Assembly (NCBI GenBank): GCA_025558095.1
Contig: JAIVFI010000008.1
Span: 791,322 to 855,321, forward strand
Direction of reading: 5' to 3'
DNA from: Hyaloraphidium curvatum SAG 235-1
Lineage: Eukaryota; Fungi; Monoblepharomycota
DNA: 64,000 nucleotides
Within the stretch, counting starts at the first letter, position 1; each line of letters opens with the position of its first letter. The translations under genes were made by a program, and so were the position numbers. The notes below the pieces were generated by a model. The model was not told the origin of the DNA, did no database searches, and saw only the letters and a program-made list of their open reading frames with translations. Positions 44,722 to 55,782 of this stretch are shown piece by piece.

Positions 44722-46269
44722 TCATCCGGCCGGCGGCCCGCTCAGGTCCAACAAGTGCTGCACCGTCTCCCAGCCTCCCCTGGCCTCGAACACCGACCTC
44801 GGCTCCGGGCCCCTCTCCACCGCGGTGGGCACCTCCCCCGCGGGGAAAACGCTTCCGAGCTTCGCCAGGAGCTCCTTCGCCCCCAGTCCACTCCCCTCAC
44901 CGAGGGTGTTCACAAGCACACCCACAGCGGCCTCCAGCGCCGCCACCCTCCCCCTCAACCCGGCGTTCTCCTTCTCCAGCTGCGCCAGCACCGGCATCAT
45001 CCTCGGCGGCGGCACGTTGGTCAGGAACCCCTCGAACGCCTCGCGCACGGGGGCGGGGAGCTTCCCGTCCAGCTCGCGGCGCAGCGCGGGCTCGAAACCT
45101 GTGCCGAGCTCGCCCGCGTCCTGCGCGGTCCAGGAGCGGGAGGGGAACTCGCCGCGGAACATGGCGCCGGCGGCGGAGATCGAGGTGGGGGTGCGAACCG
45201 AGAGCAGCACGCGGCCGGCGCGGGCGAGCAGGCCGCCCGCGGCGCGCCACCTCGGAGTGCTCCGCGGGAGACGGGCTAGGCGGGCAGCGGAGAGGGAGAT
45301 GATCTGTCGGAGGAGGGAGAGTGCGGCGGGGGTGTCGCTCGGGTGGTAGGATGTGTGTTCGACGTCGTGGAGGGCGGGCGATGGGAGCGGGGTGAGGCCG
45401 GGCTCGTCGGGGTCGTCGGGGGAGTAGTAAGTGCTCTCCAGCATTCCGCCGTCGTCCGCATCTCCGTCTTCGTCCTCGGCTTCGTCAAGGACCCCCATGG
45501 GAAGCTCGTCGGCGCCCGACGCCGCACCGCCGCCTTGGAAGGAAACAGGTGACGCCCTGGCGGCATGGACCGCGATCCTCCCCAGCAAAACAGGGAGGGT
45601 ATCCCTCCCTGCCGGCTCGTCGGCCTCCACGGCCGCCTGGAGAGCCTCCAGGCCCCAGCCGTCGAGCCAACGGGAGAGGATGAGGAACACGCGGCGCTGC
45701 TGCGCTGGCACTTCGCGCTGTTTGCCCTTCTTGGCCTTGCCACCCTTTCCCGCTTCACCTCCGGCGTCGAGATCGGGCTCTCCGAGCTCCGACAGCTGCG
45801 TCCGCACGGCAGGCGAGGTCAGGAACGGCAGCAGCACTTTCGTGCGGAACATTCCGAGGGCGTCCGCGGGGTTGACATGCGTCCGCATTCCCGGCAGCTT
45901 CTCCAGCAACTCCAGCACGTCCCTAAAGCCTTCGGGAGGAATGTTCTGGTCGAACAGCGCGTCCAGGGCCAGCCCGGCCTCGTCGGTAGTCACGGGCCGC
46001 GCCACCGCCGACACGTCGCCCTTCTCGGCCAGCTTCACGCGGGCGGCGACGAGCTCCGCCGGCGAGAACTCCCGCGAGGCGGAGAATTCGGAGTAGGCCG
46101 GCAGCGCTTCGGACGCGTCTTCGGTCCCCGCGAACGCGGCGTCGGGCGGCGCAGCGGGTGGCATCCCGGGCGCCGGAGTACGCGCGGCAGGGGTCGGTGC
46201 CGGCGCACGGGGAGCTTTCTCGGCATCGCCGGCGCGGAGGTATCCGCCCGGTGGGCGCGGGTCGGCCAT
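44722..46269 (-). CDS. Hypothetical protein (LPAY motif, acidic region, C-terminal coiled coil)
   Basis: 515-aa intronless ORF with protein-like composition; LAQLEKENAGLRGRVAALE coiled coil. Confidence 0.7.
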   Translation of the reverse strand: MADPRPPGGYLRAGDAEKAPRAPAPTPAARTPAPGMPPAAPPDAAFAGTEDASEALPAYSEFSASREFSPAELVAARVKLAEKGDVSAVARPVTTDEAGLALDALFDQNIPPEGFRDVLELLEKLPGMRTHVNPADALGMFRTKVLLPFLTSPAVRTQLSELGEPDLDAGGEAGKGGKAKKGKQREVPAQQRRVFLILSRWLDGWGLEALQAAVEADEPAGRDTLPVLLGRIAVHAARASPVSFQGGGAASGADELPMGVLDEAEDEDGDADDGGMLESTYYSPDDPDEPGLTPLPSPALHDVEHTSYHPSDTPAALSLLRQIISLSAARLARLPRSTPRWRAAGGLLARAGRVLLSVRTPTSISAAGAMFRGEFPSRSWTAQDAGELGTGFEPALRRELDGKLPAPVREAFEGFLTNVPPPRMMPVLAQLEKENAGLRGRVAALEAAVGVLVNTLGEGSGLGAKELLAKLGSVFPAGEVPTAVERGPEPRSVFEARGGWETVQHLLDLSGPPAG

Positions 46270-46567
46270 ATTCGACGTGCCTGCACTTTGATGAGCGCGA
46301 CCTGATCGGAGCGTAGCGGCTGTTAGTCCGCCCGGGCCCGTGTGACCATCCTCGAGCCGTAAGAGAGCAGCTAGCAGCCTTTAAATTCACAGATTAGTTT
46401 CATACGATCCGTTCGTGCGTCGGATTGCTAGTTATTGGACCCGTGCTCGGCTCGGACTAGAGACTGGGAGGATGGACGGCGAGAAGAGCCGAATGAAAGA
46501 CAGATTCTAGAAGGCAAGAAGAAAATGCTCAAATCCAAGACTCCGACTTCGTCACGCGATCGTGCAA

Positions 46568-47827
46568 TCAAGCGGCCGCCGAGCTCGTCCCCGTCCCCGC
46601 CGCCGTTTCGCACTCCTCCCTGTGATCATCCTCCCACGCCGCCTCCTTGCAAGCTTCCGAGCAGTACCGAGGCCCATTGCACTTGTCGCACCGCTTGAGC
46701 TCGTATCCCGCCGAAGCAAGCCGGCCGCACCGATCGCACGCATCCACGCCCGTCGACCCGCGCGCCCGCACCTCACCCGCCCAGGCATCCTGCTTCCGGC
46801 GCAGATCTTCGAAATCCATCAGCGCGTAGCCTTCCAGATCCACGCCATGCTGCGCAGCCAGCTCCACGACCTTGGGGATGCTGACCCGGTCGAAGGCGAG
46901 CGCCTCGAGCACCGCGAACTCCTCGCCGAACCTCGTGCCGCCGAGCATCCCGGGCTCGTCGGGCGGAACGACCATCTGCGTCAGCTCGAACAGAGCCCGC
47001 GCCGCCGCCGGCGTCCTTCCCTGCTCCGCTTCGTGCCTCACGTGCTCGCGGTACGGCCCCGAGCTCTCGAGAAGCGGCAGGGTGACGAACATGAGATTGT
47101 GCCCCGCCCCGGCCCCCGCCGCGAACCTCTCCATCGCCGACCTCGTCTCCGACCACGCAAAGTCCTGCACCTCGGGGCTCTGCAGCACGCACTCGAGCAT
47201 CCGGTCGAGGAACGCGTGGTCCTGCGCCAGCCGGCCCCTGATCACCTTGGAATCGAGCTGCCAGAACAGGAGCGACAGCGCCTGGCCGAGCGGTTCGGCG
47301 AAAGCCTCGCGGTACGCGTCGACACGCTGCAGGTAGGCGTCGTCGGGAGTCGCAGCGTCGACGTCCCACAGCGACCGTCCCCAAGCCTCGCCGGCGACGC
47401 CCCAGGCCCGCTGCCGCTCCGGATCGAGGTAGGCTTCGAGCATGCGCTTCGTGAAGGGGAACGTCTCCTTCCACACCGCAGCGTGCAGCCCGACGAAAGC
47501 TTCCGGGGATCCCGCGGCCGTCGGCACCTCGGCGCGCGGCGGGAAAAAGTCCTCGATGGGGTCCGGCCCGGGCGGCTGCGAGAACTTGCCCCCGAGCACG
47601 CGCGAGATGAGCGACGCGGCGTGGTCCAGCCCCGTCGCGCTGGGCCTCCTCGTCGTGGGCCCGGCGAGCGTGTCGTCCAGGAAGGCGCCGTGCAACCTGG
47701 CGAACGACTCGAAGCCGGACACGGTGGCGTCGCGGAGCGCGCCGAAGTCGAGGTCGCGCCAGGCCCCGGGCTCTTCGTCGCGGTTGTAGCCGAGGGCTTG
47801 GAGGAAGGTCAGCATGAGGTCGTCCAT
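46568..47827 (-). CDS. C-terminal MYND zinc finger protein
   Basis: CDRC..LKRCDKCNGPRYCSEACKEAAWEDDHREEC; start codon uncertain. Confidence 0.8.
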   Translation of the reverse strand: MDDLMLTFLQALGYNRDEEPGAWRDLDFGALRDATVSGFESFARLHGAFLDDTLAGPTTRRPSATGLDHAASLISRVLGGKFSQPPGPDPIEDFFPPRAEVPTAAGSPEAFVGLHAAVWKETFPFTKRMLEAYLDPERQRAWGVAGEAWGRSLWDVDAATPDDAYLQRVDAYREAFAEPLGQALSLLFWQLDSKVIRGRLAQDHAFLDRMLECVLQSPEVQDFAWSETRSAMERFAAGAGAGHNLMFVTLPLLESSGPYREHVRHEAEQGRTPAAARALFELTQMVVPPDEPGMLGGTRFGEEFAVLEALAFDRVSIPKVVELAAQHGVDLEGYALMDFEDLRRKQDAWAGEVRARGSTGVDACDRCGRLASAGYELKRCDKCNGPRYCSEACKEAAWEDDHREECETAAGTGTSSAAA

Positions 47828-48761
47828 TTCGGCGGAGGGGCGTGTGGGACGTGTGGGCAGCAAGTTGGAGAGGTGAGTCGATGCAGCGACACGTCAGCCC
47901 TCGCTTCGCAAGCCCGCGTATACGCCCGCGCTGCAAAAGCGGCCCGAGAACCGCTCGTCCGCGGGACATGGCGACGTGTGGCACATCGTCGGTGGCTCCC
48001 GGCGTCGGAAAATCGTCCGGAGAGGTCGCTCCGGGCGGATGCGGCGACGCCGTCCCCGATGCGCCCCCGGCGACCTCGGACGGGAGCCCAGTCTGGAAAC
48101 ACGAACACATCAAGCAAGAGGATGCTGATCATCAGAGACTTGGTCATCAGAAGCTCGAGGAGCGTGGCTCGGTCGCGAAACCCGAAGCCATTCCATGCTG
48201 TTGCTTTCTATGATTCCTCAATTCATGTCGACTTCAATCCTCGGCCTCTGCGCTGTACTCGCTATTGGACGACGCCGTTGCGCTGTCGTTTCCTCGGACC
48301 GGACCCGCCCTTGGCTCCGTACTGATCACCCTCTTCAAGGAACCCCCGGCGCCGGAGCTGTTCGACGACGTGTATAGATGTCGCCGCGGGGATCCGGGAC
48401 ACGACAGGCACCCGGAAGCGAGGCGCAAATCGGGCAAGGCGCCGTCACGAGGGGCAGCTGATCACTCGTCGGCTCAAGTGAGCGAGCAGAGGGCGACCAC
48501 CGCGGGCGAAGAAGCGCGCCGAACACGGGGCAACGCCATCGGAGCCAGCGGGTCCCGTGGGGGCCGAGAAACGCAGGCCAGGGCCGTGCGGAACGGGTGG
48601 AAGCGGGGGAGGGGTGGGGGGCCGCGTGGCCGGAGGCAGGTACCGGATCCGTTCCTCGATTCCGACGTGAGCAATCCATCGGGAAAACATAGCCGAGCAT
48701 CCGAGCCCCGATGCCGTCCCATCCGACATCCGGTTCCGCGGCATCCGGTCGTCGACCCCGT

Positions 48762-49164
48762 TCAGGCGCTCTCGGTCGGCCTGCGACGCGCCCCCAGTCA
48801 GCCCCTCACGCGCACCGGTCCCCAGACAGCGCCACCCACTTCTCGAACCCCCTCAGCTGCGCGATGTGGTGGTACAGGTGCTCGAACGTCCAGTCCCCGC
48901 CGACCCCGGGCAGCCCGACGCCACACGCCGCCTCGACGCCGGAGACCCATACCGCGACCGCCTGCGGGTCGCCCAGCGCCGCGGCGAGCGTGGACTCCGA
49001 GAACACGCCCTCCTTTGTCGCGGCGATGCTGGCGGGGAGGAGGTGCTGCAGCTCGTCCTTGAGCTCGCCGGGGGAGTGGATCGATGCGCGGCGGGCGCGG
49101 GTCTGCGGGGCGGTCAGGTGACCGGCCGGAGTGGACCGAGGACGGGGGAGGTACCCACGCTCAT
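48762..49164 (-). CDS. Small 3-exon protein (~95 aa), acyl-carrier-protein-like pattern lacking the Ser attachment site
   Basis: Exons 49159-49164, 48840-49102, 48762-48780 with GTGGGT donors and CTGAC branch points; ESTLAAALGDPQAVAVWVSGVEAACGVGLP..TFEHLYHHI. The 3' splice could differ. Confidence 0.55.
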
Positions 49165-49584
49165 TATGAGGGCGGGGGAGGGGCGCGATGGGGGGTGGAG
49201 TGTGTCGTGACGCGGCTCGGGATTCCGCGGCTGTGGCAAGGGCATGTCTGCACAGTCAGGGGCCCTTGCCGAGAGGGTCCAGCATCAGGACTAAACCAAG
49301 ACGATCGTCGGTTGAAGAATAATGTGTGATCGTGCTCCACGTGCTGGAAATTTGCTGGGCGGACTGCCGGGCTCGCCTTGTCTGTGAGCCCTGAGCCCCC
49401 GACGCAACGACAAGCTGGACACCCTGGGTGCCGTAGAAAACGATCGACATCATCTGGAACGCATCGATGAAAAGGAATACGGTGGCATCTCGTAGTTTCA
49501 TCACGTTTGAATTAAATCACGTCTATCACAGGGTCGCTCTCGCTCTCTCGCCATGCTACAGATCCCACCATGATGCAGGAGTTC

Positions 49585-50274
49585 CTACCGCGGCCAGAAC
49601 GTCCTCAAATCCGGAAGCCCACCCGACCCAGTTCCCCTTCCCTGGTCCGGCGGCCCCTGCCCTCCCGTCCCCGGGTCCGAATCCCCGCCCCCCGTCCCGC
49701 TCGGGCGCTCAGCATCGTCCGGCGGCCGCTGCCCGAGGCCCCTCGCGTAGTCGTCCGTGCTCCATGTTTCTACCACCTCCACGTTGGGAGAGAACGTCAC
49801 TGTCCGCCTCGAGCGCGAGGAACCGGTCGAGCTGGCCCCGAACGAGCGCACGTCCGCCGATACCGCGCGCGACGCCGCCGGGCCGGGCATCTCGGCGGAG
49901 CCCGCGAGATCCGCGCTGCCGAAAATGCTGACGTGCAGTGCCGGCAGCGGCGGCGTGGGTGGAGGAGCGGGCGGCGGCCCGGGGGTGCCGAAGAGGCAGG
50001 CATAGCATGCTCCCTCGCCGACCTCGCCGTGCGGGCACGCGGCCTGCGGCCCTGGAGGCGGGGGTTCCCAGCTGCTCAGGAGCGGCAGCGACTGCCACGG
50101 CCCGGGCGTGCTGTTTGCGGTGCCCGCGGCCGCATTTTGCGGCCTCCGCTGCCCTTGCGAACGGCCTCCGTCGCGCGGCTGCCGGCCCGACCGGGCTACA
50201 GCGGGCGCCCCCGGTCGGGAAGAAGGCATGCCGTCCGACGCCGAGCGCGGCAGGGGGTCGTCCGGGGGTTCCAT
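49585..50274 (-). CDS. Low-complexity protein with CPH..GEGACxxC and RVxF-type PP1-docking motif
   Basis: CPHGEVGEGACYAC and RRTVTFSPNVEVVETWSTDDYAR, matching motifs in B/B'. Confidence 0.6.
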   Translation of the reverse strand: MEPPDDPLPRSASDGMPSSRPGAPAVARSGRQPRDGGRSQGQRRPQNAAAGTANSTPGPWQSLPLLSSWEPPPPGPQAACPHGEVGEGACYACLFGTPGPPPAPPPTPPLPALHVSIFGSADLAGSAEMPGPAASRAVSADVRSFGASSTGSSRSRRTVTFSPNVEVVETWSTDDYARGLGQRPPDDAERPSGTGGGDSDPGTGGQGPPDQGRGTGSGGLPDLRTFWPR

Positions 50275-50886
50275 CGTCGTTCGGGCGGGCGGCGGTCGGA
50301 GCGGCGGCGAGCGGGTTTAGGGACGCTCGAACGGCGGCAAGGCGGCACCGTCCCGAAACCGCACCCATCCCGCAGCGCTGCACGGGCTGCCGTGCACAGG
50401 GACGGCTCACCGGCGCGGGATCCTTCAAACCACGATCCTCGCTGCCGCCCGTTCTGCGGTTGGGGGCCGGGGAGCAAATGCGGTGCCGGCGGGGCGGGGT
50501 TTCCGCGCCCGAACCGCAGCGGGCCGCACGGGCCCAGGCCGGCGCGGTGCGGGCCGAAAGAGGACCCTCGAACCGTGCTTCCAAAGCAAGGTCGGCGATG
50601 TTATCCGGCGACAGGGGTTTAGCGCCTGGTTTGACCTGCCCGGCTGGGGTTCGGTGCAGGCCAGGTCGGCGGTCGTCCGCGAATGTACGGAGACGGCAAC
50701 TATCGCCATTTGGCACCACGGGGTCGGTAGGCCGGCGGAGGTTCGCTCCGTGGCGGTGGAAAAGATGTGGCAACATCCCTCAAGTTGCAGCGGCACAATA
50801 CATGAAACGACAAGGTGTCCGCGAGTCCCGGCTCCGCAAAGGTGGCCACGCCCGGTGGATTCGTCCTCGAAAAGGACGAGCCGGAT

Positions 50887-52308
50887 CTACACGGCACTGG
50901 TAGGACATTCCCCGTTCGGGAGCGCGGGCAGAGCGGGCACTGCGCGATCCGTCAGCAAATCCCCGCGCGCAGCGCACGGCGTGACCCACCGAGGAAGCAG
51001 CACACCGACGTGCCGGGGCAGCGCCCACCGCCGCCGCCGGCATTGACGTTGTCGCACCCGGGTCCGTTGAGGGTGGTGTTGTACGCGTTGCAGGTGATCT
51101 CCTTGTGCGTCGAGCCGCAGTTCTTGAGGCACAGGCCGCACTGCATGACGGGGGCGGGGGATCAGCCCGATCGGAGCCGAAGCGGGGGTCGGGCGGGCGC
51201 ACCTTTGAGAACTGCTCGACGGAGCACCGCGGCCCGGAGCACCGCCTGATGCCGTCGTCCGGGTCCAGCGCGCAGACGGCCTCGTTGCAGCACTGCGCGT
51301 CCGAGGTGCAGGTCTCCTGGAAGGCGCGGCACGCGGCGGTAGCGGTGGGCACGGCGCTGGTGCCGACGGATATGGTCGAGGTGGCGATGGCGAGGGAGGT
51401 GGTAGTGCGGGACGTGGTGGCGGAGGAGGAGGTGACTGTGCGCGAGGAGGTGCTGGTCGCGGGCGGGGCAGGCGGCGGGGGGTTCTGGTCGCCTGCAGGG
51501 GGAGGGGGAGGCGGGGGAGCGGCGGATGTGGTCGCCGCCGCGGTGGTTGCAGTCGTCGCCGGCGGCGGCGGCGGAGGGGGTGGGGGCGGCGGCGAAGGCG
51601 GGGAGGGAGGGGATGGGGGCAGCGCCGAGAGGCAGCGGCAGGACCCCGTGGACCTGTAAAACATCAGTCAGAAGACAGGAGTGTCAACGCCCCGGGGAGT
51701 GACTTGCCAGTCGGCGGTAAAGATATCCCGCTTGGCCAGCCTCCGCACGGTCAGGTCCGGCGAGACCTCCTCGGCGGGGGCAATCTCGACGTAGAAGTCG
51801 TCGACCGGCGTCACGTAGACCTCGGGTCTCGCGCTCCAGCTCGTCCTGTAGTCGACGCAGAACCGGAGCAGCTCCTCCACCTTTTCGAGGCCGGCGAGGG
51901 TACGCTCGCGGCCGTCCACGGGCTCGATGGCGTAGAGCTGCCCCTCGGCGCGGGCAGCGTCGTCGGCGTCGATCTTGCGGACGAGATGGAAATCGCCCGA
52001 GGAGGAGGAGACGGCGCCTCCCCGGATTTCGATGTCGCCGGACCAGCGGCCGTCGATTTCGGCGGGGTTGGCGACCGACACCCGGGCGCACTGCGTCCTG
52101 CGGGCCCCACACGGGTTAGCACATCGTACCCCTTAACGGCAGAGCGGGGGGCTCACCACAGGCTGCCCGCAGCCGGCTTGGGCCCGGCGAGCATCTCGAC
52201 TGCGGCGTCGGCGTGCCACGTCGGCCGGTCCGCCCCGGCCGGCCCCGCGAGCGCCGCGGCGGCGGCGGCGGCCAGCGCCGCGCGGGCGAGGGAGGCGCGG
52301 GAGGGCAT
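50887..52308 (-). CDS. Secreted prepro Cys-rich protein, copy A (5 exons)
   Basis: Signal peptide, ~130-aa N-domain, LAKR dibasic site, Pro/Thr linker, CRAFQETCTSDAQCC..C..C module and a second Cys-rich module; intron 51654-51707 has a GC donor. Confidence 0.78.
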
Positions 52309-53491
52309 CGTGGTCGTAGGGTCTTGCAGTGAGGCGTCGGCCCGGGGGGTGGGGCGTTGTCCCCTGTTCCAGGCCCGATCGGAGGGTCCCCCGGCGCCGA
52401 CGGTCCCGCCCGAAGCGCGCGGGGGCCGACGCCGCCTTCGAGGAAACGGATGGCGGCTCGGTGGGCGCAAGGGGACACCCTCGAGGGACCTATTCGAGGG
52501 CGCGGCCGGCACGGGGAGCAGTACTGGCAGAGAGCCGAAGCCCTCAGGCGGTCCCTGACATCATGCACAGCCAGCCACCGAGTTCGAGCACCGTTTCCCA
52601 CGCCATCCGGCGGCCATCCGCCCATGAGACGCTCGGTAATGTCACTACCATCCACGCCGAGCCTGATGCCTTGCTGTCGTGGCCCGGGGACACCCTCCGA
52701 TCGGCAGGATTTCCGAATTCCCGCCCGCCGTCGCCGGCGGCTGGTGCAAGAGCCGGCCCCTTTCTGGAGGTCGAACCCGACCGAATACCGGGTCGCTGTC
52801 ACTCGAGGACATTTCCAGTTGCTCGGGCCGCCTCCTGGGCTGTTGTCGGTGGGAGAATCCATACGATGGCCGTCCAGCGATGCCGCATCCTCCCGCTCAG
52901 CCGCCCGCCTTCTTGCCGGGGGGCCGCCGGGTCGAGCCGTTAACAGTCAAGTCATTTGGACTACACTCGATGTGAACGCTTAGAGACGGCTTGGGGCCCA
53001 TGGTCCCGACGGCGACGGTCCTCGACGTCCCTCCGAGGGAATCGCCCCCGGAACGAACGGATCGCGGCCCCGCGACCGCCGCCCCAAAGGCAGGTCGGGT
53101 AGTTGGGTGATGGCCGCGAGCGAGTGTCTGGCGGGCGACGGCTAGCTGATGGTCCGGAGCCGTGCTTCGCAGTGCATCTCGCAGTGCATCTCGCAGCTCT
53201 CCACCTGAGCTTACGCATGATGCGTGGGCTCCCATCTTCGGACCTGTTCCTAGAGGTTTGCCGCGCCTGCCCCTGTCCGGCCTCCGCGCACCCTTGCCTT
53301 GGCCTTGTCCCAACCCCGCGCCGTGACCGCGACCGGCCGAGGTCGAGGAGCGGATCTCCGACAATCCGGGGCCACCAGCCGTGAGAATAGCATGTCTGAA
53401 CAGCAAGGCAAACATTCCGGATCTACTCGTGTACTCCGGCTCCGGCATCCGCTCCGGATCCGGCATCCGCGGCACGGGGCGCGCGGGGCAT

Positions 53492-54741
53492 CTAGACGGC
53501 GCTGAGCGGGCACTCCCCGTTCGAGAGCGGGGGCAGCGTGGGCACTTTTCGCGGAGAACGTCAGCGCCCCGCGAAACGCCGGCACGGAAGGGGAACCCAC
53601 CGAGGAAGCAGCACACCGAGGTGCCGGGGCAGCGGCCGCCGCCGCCGCCGGCGTTGACGTTGTCGCAGCCGGGCCCGTTGAGGGTGGTGTTGAAGGCGTT
53701 GCAGGTGATCTCCTTGTTGGCAGCGCCGCAGTTCTTGAGGCACAGGCCGCACTGCGCGACGGAAGAACCGGGGTCAGCCATGGCACGCGGGGGACGGGTC
53801 GGGGAGGCGGCAAACCTTGTTGAACTGGTCGGTGGAGCACCGCGGGCCGGAGCACTTGCGCGTGCCGTCGTCGTCGAGGTGGCAGATGCCGCCGTCGCAG
53901 CACTGGCTGTCGGCCGTACAGGACTGCATGTAGCTGCGGCACGTCGAGTTGTTGTTCTGGTCGCCCGACGGCGGCGGCGGCGGGGGCGAGGGAGGGGTCG
54001 GTGGCGGAGGCGAAGGGGGAAGGGCGTTGCTGAGGCAGCGGCACGAGCCCGAGGACCTGGAGGCGGGTAATGGGGGTCGGCATCCGGCGCTGAAGCTGCC
54101 GGTCTCGGCGGGGATTGACGCACCAGTCGGCCGTGAACACGTCCCGCTTGACCAGCTTGCGCATGGTGACCTCGGGCGCCTGGATGGCGTAGTCCCCGGC
54201 GTCGGGCTGCACCTCGACGTAGTCGTCGCCGATGGGCGTCACGTAGACCTCGGGTCTCGCGCTCCAGCTCGTCCTGTAGTCGACGCAGAACTCGAGCAGC
54301 TCCCGGACCTTCTCGAGGCCGGCGAGGACGCGCTCCTTGCCGTCCACGGACTCGATGGCGTACAGCGCCGAGTCGGCCGGGGAGGCCGAGGCGTCGGCGT
54401 CGATCTTGCGCACGAGGTGGAAGGCGCCGGAGGAGGAGGACACGGCGCCGCCGCGGACCTCGATGTCGCCGGACCAGCGGCCGTCGATCTCGGCGGGGTT
54501 GGCGATGCTCACGCGGGCGCACTGCGTCCTAACGCGGACGCCAAGGGTCAGCCCATCCTCCCCCCGGGCGCACGAGCGACGGAGCGCACCACAGGTTGCC
54601 CGTGGCCGGCTTGGGGCCGCCGAGCATGTCGATGGTGGCGTCGGCGTGCCACGTCGGGCGGAGCGCCGCGGCGGGCCGCAGCAGCGCGGCGGCGGCGGCG
54701 GCGGCGAACGCCCCGCGGGCGAGGGTCGAGCGGGAGGGCAT
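53492..54741 (-). CDS. Secreted prepro Cys-rich protein, copy B (tandem paralog)
   Basis: Same exon structure and Cys spacing as copy A, with a much shorter linker; LVKR site. Confidence 0.78.
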
Positions 54742-55782
54742 GGCGCGGGGTTCCGGGGCGGGGAAGGAGTGGGGGAGGTGCCTGGGGTCTTGGTAGGGAC
54801 CGTCCTTTTGTGGGGTGGAAGAGGTCCGGACCGGGGCCGAAGGGTCCACTCGCGAAGGAACGTTCGCCCATGGCACCTGTGCGGCATCAACGGCATGCTT
54901 TTCGGTCACGGTAGCAATTCGCGGGATGCAACGGCTCAAACCCGCCCACCGGTTGCCCGGAGGGACGTCCGGGGGCGGAGCAACCGCTCCCAATCAGTCG
55001 GTGAGGTCCCTAGTGACACACCAGGGACACTTCCAATGCCCTCCGGTGTGCCTCCCCTGCCCTCCAGCGTCCACCTCGACCTCGCCTCGGTCGTCCACAT
55101 GGGGATCGGAGACCGCGGACGCGTCCGGCGCGCGGATCGGCTGCGGCCGCCCGAGAAGCCCCGGGCACCGCCCGCCCGCCCCCAAACCCTGGGCACCTCC
55201 CCTGGGCTCGGCACCGGGGAAGCGGGCGGTGCGGGGAGGGATGGAGACCCCACATCTGCGGACTCTTACGTTCCGGCCCGGAAAGATGTTGCCGGAGAGG
55301 GAGAAGTGTATGTGGCCGTACCGCGGAGCTGGCAAATGCCGAGCCGAAGCTGGCCGTGGGATGCGCCGTGGCTCCTTTCCGGCGAAGGCGCGAAACGCAT
55401 GGGGTGTCGACCTCTCCAAAATGCTTAGATGACAGAGGAACGAGGTCTGTGCATGCCGCGGGGGCCGGGTTTCCGACGGACGGCGGCCGTGCGCGCGAGC
55501 GGATTCCGGCGAGACATTGACTTGTAGCCCGCCGGCACGCCACATCCACCGTATCCGGCTGACATTTCGACTTAGGGGTGGTGTGGGTTCGCGGGGGTGG
55601 GGATGGCTCGCCGCTGCAATAGCCCAGTTCGCGCCTTCCGCGTCGGTGATCGGCCATCACGGGGAACGGCCATCGTGGAAAGCACGGAGCAGTGCTGGGC
55701 GACCTGCTCTGCCAGGTGCTGCGCAGTGAAGTCGACGACCTACATGAGAAACAGTCCCGGCGCCCGCACGCCCCCGCGCCGT

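Noticed and set aside
49256-49504. 82-aa lower-GC ORF
   Set aside because: No recognisable motif or splice context.
53167-53196. 12-bp tandem repeat TCGCAGTGCATC x2.5, and TCCGGC-type repeats at ~53435-53470
   Set aside because: Short slippage repeats with no spacers or other structure.
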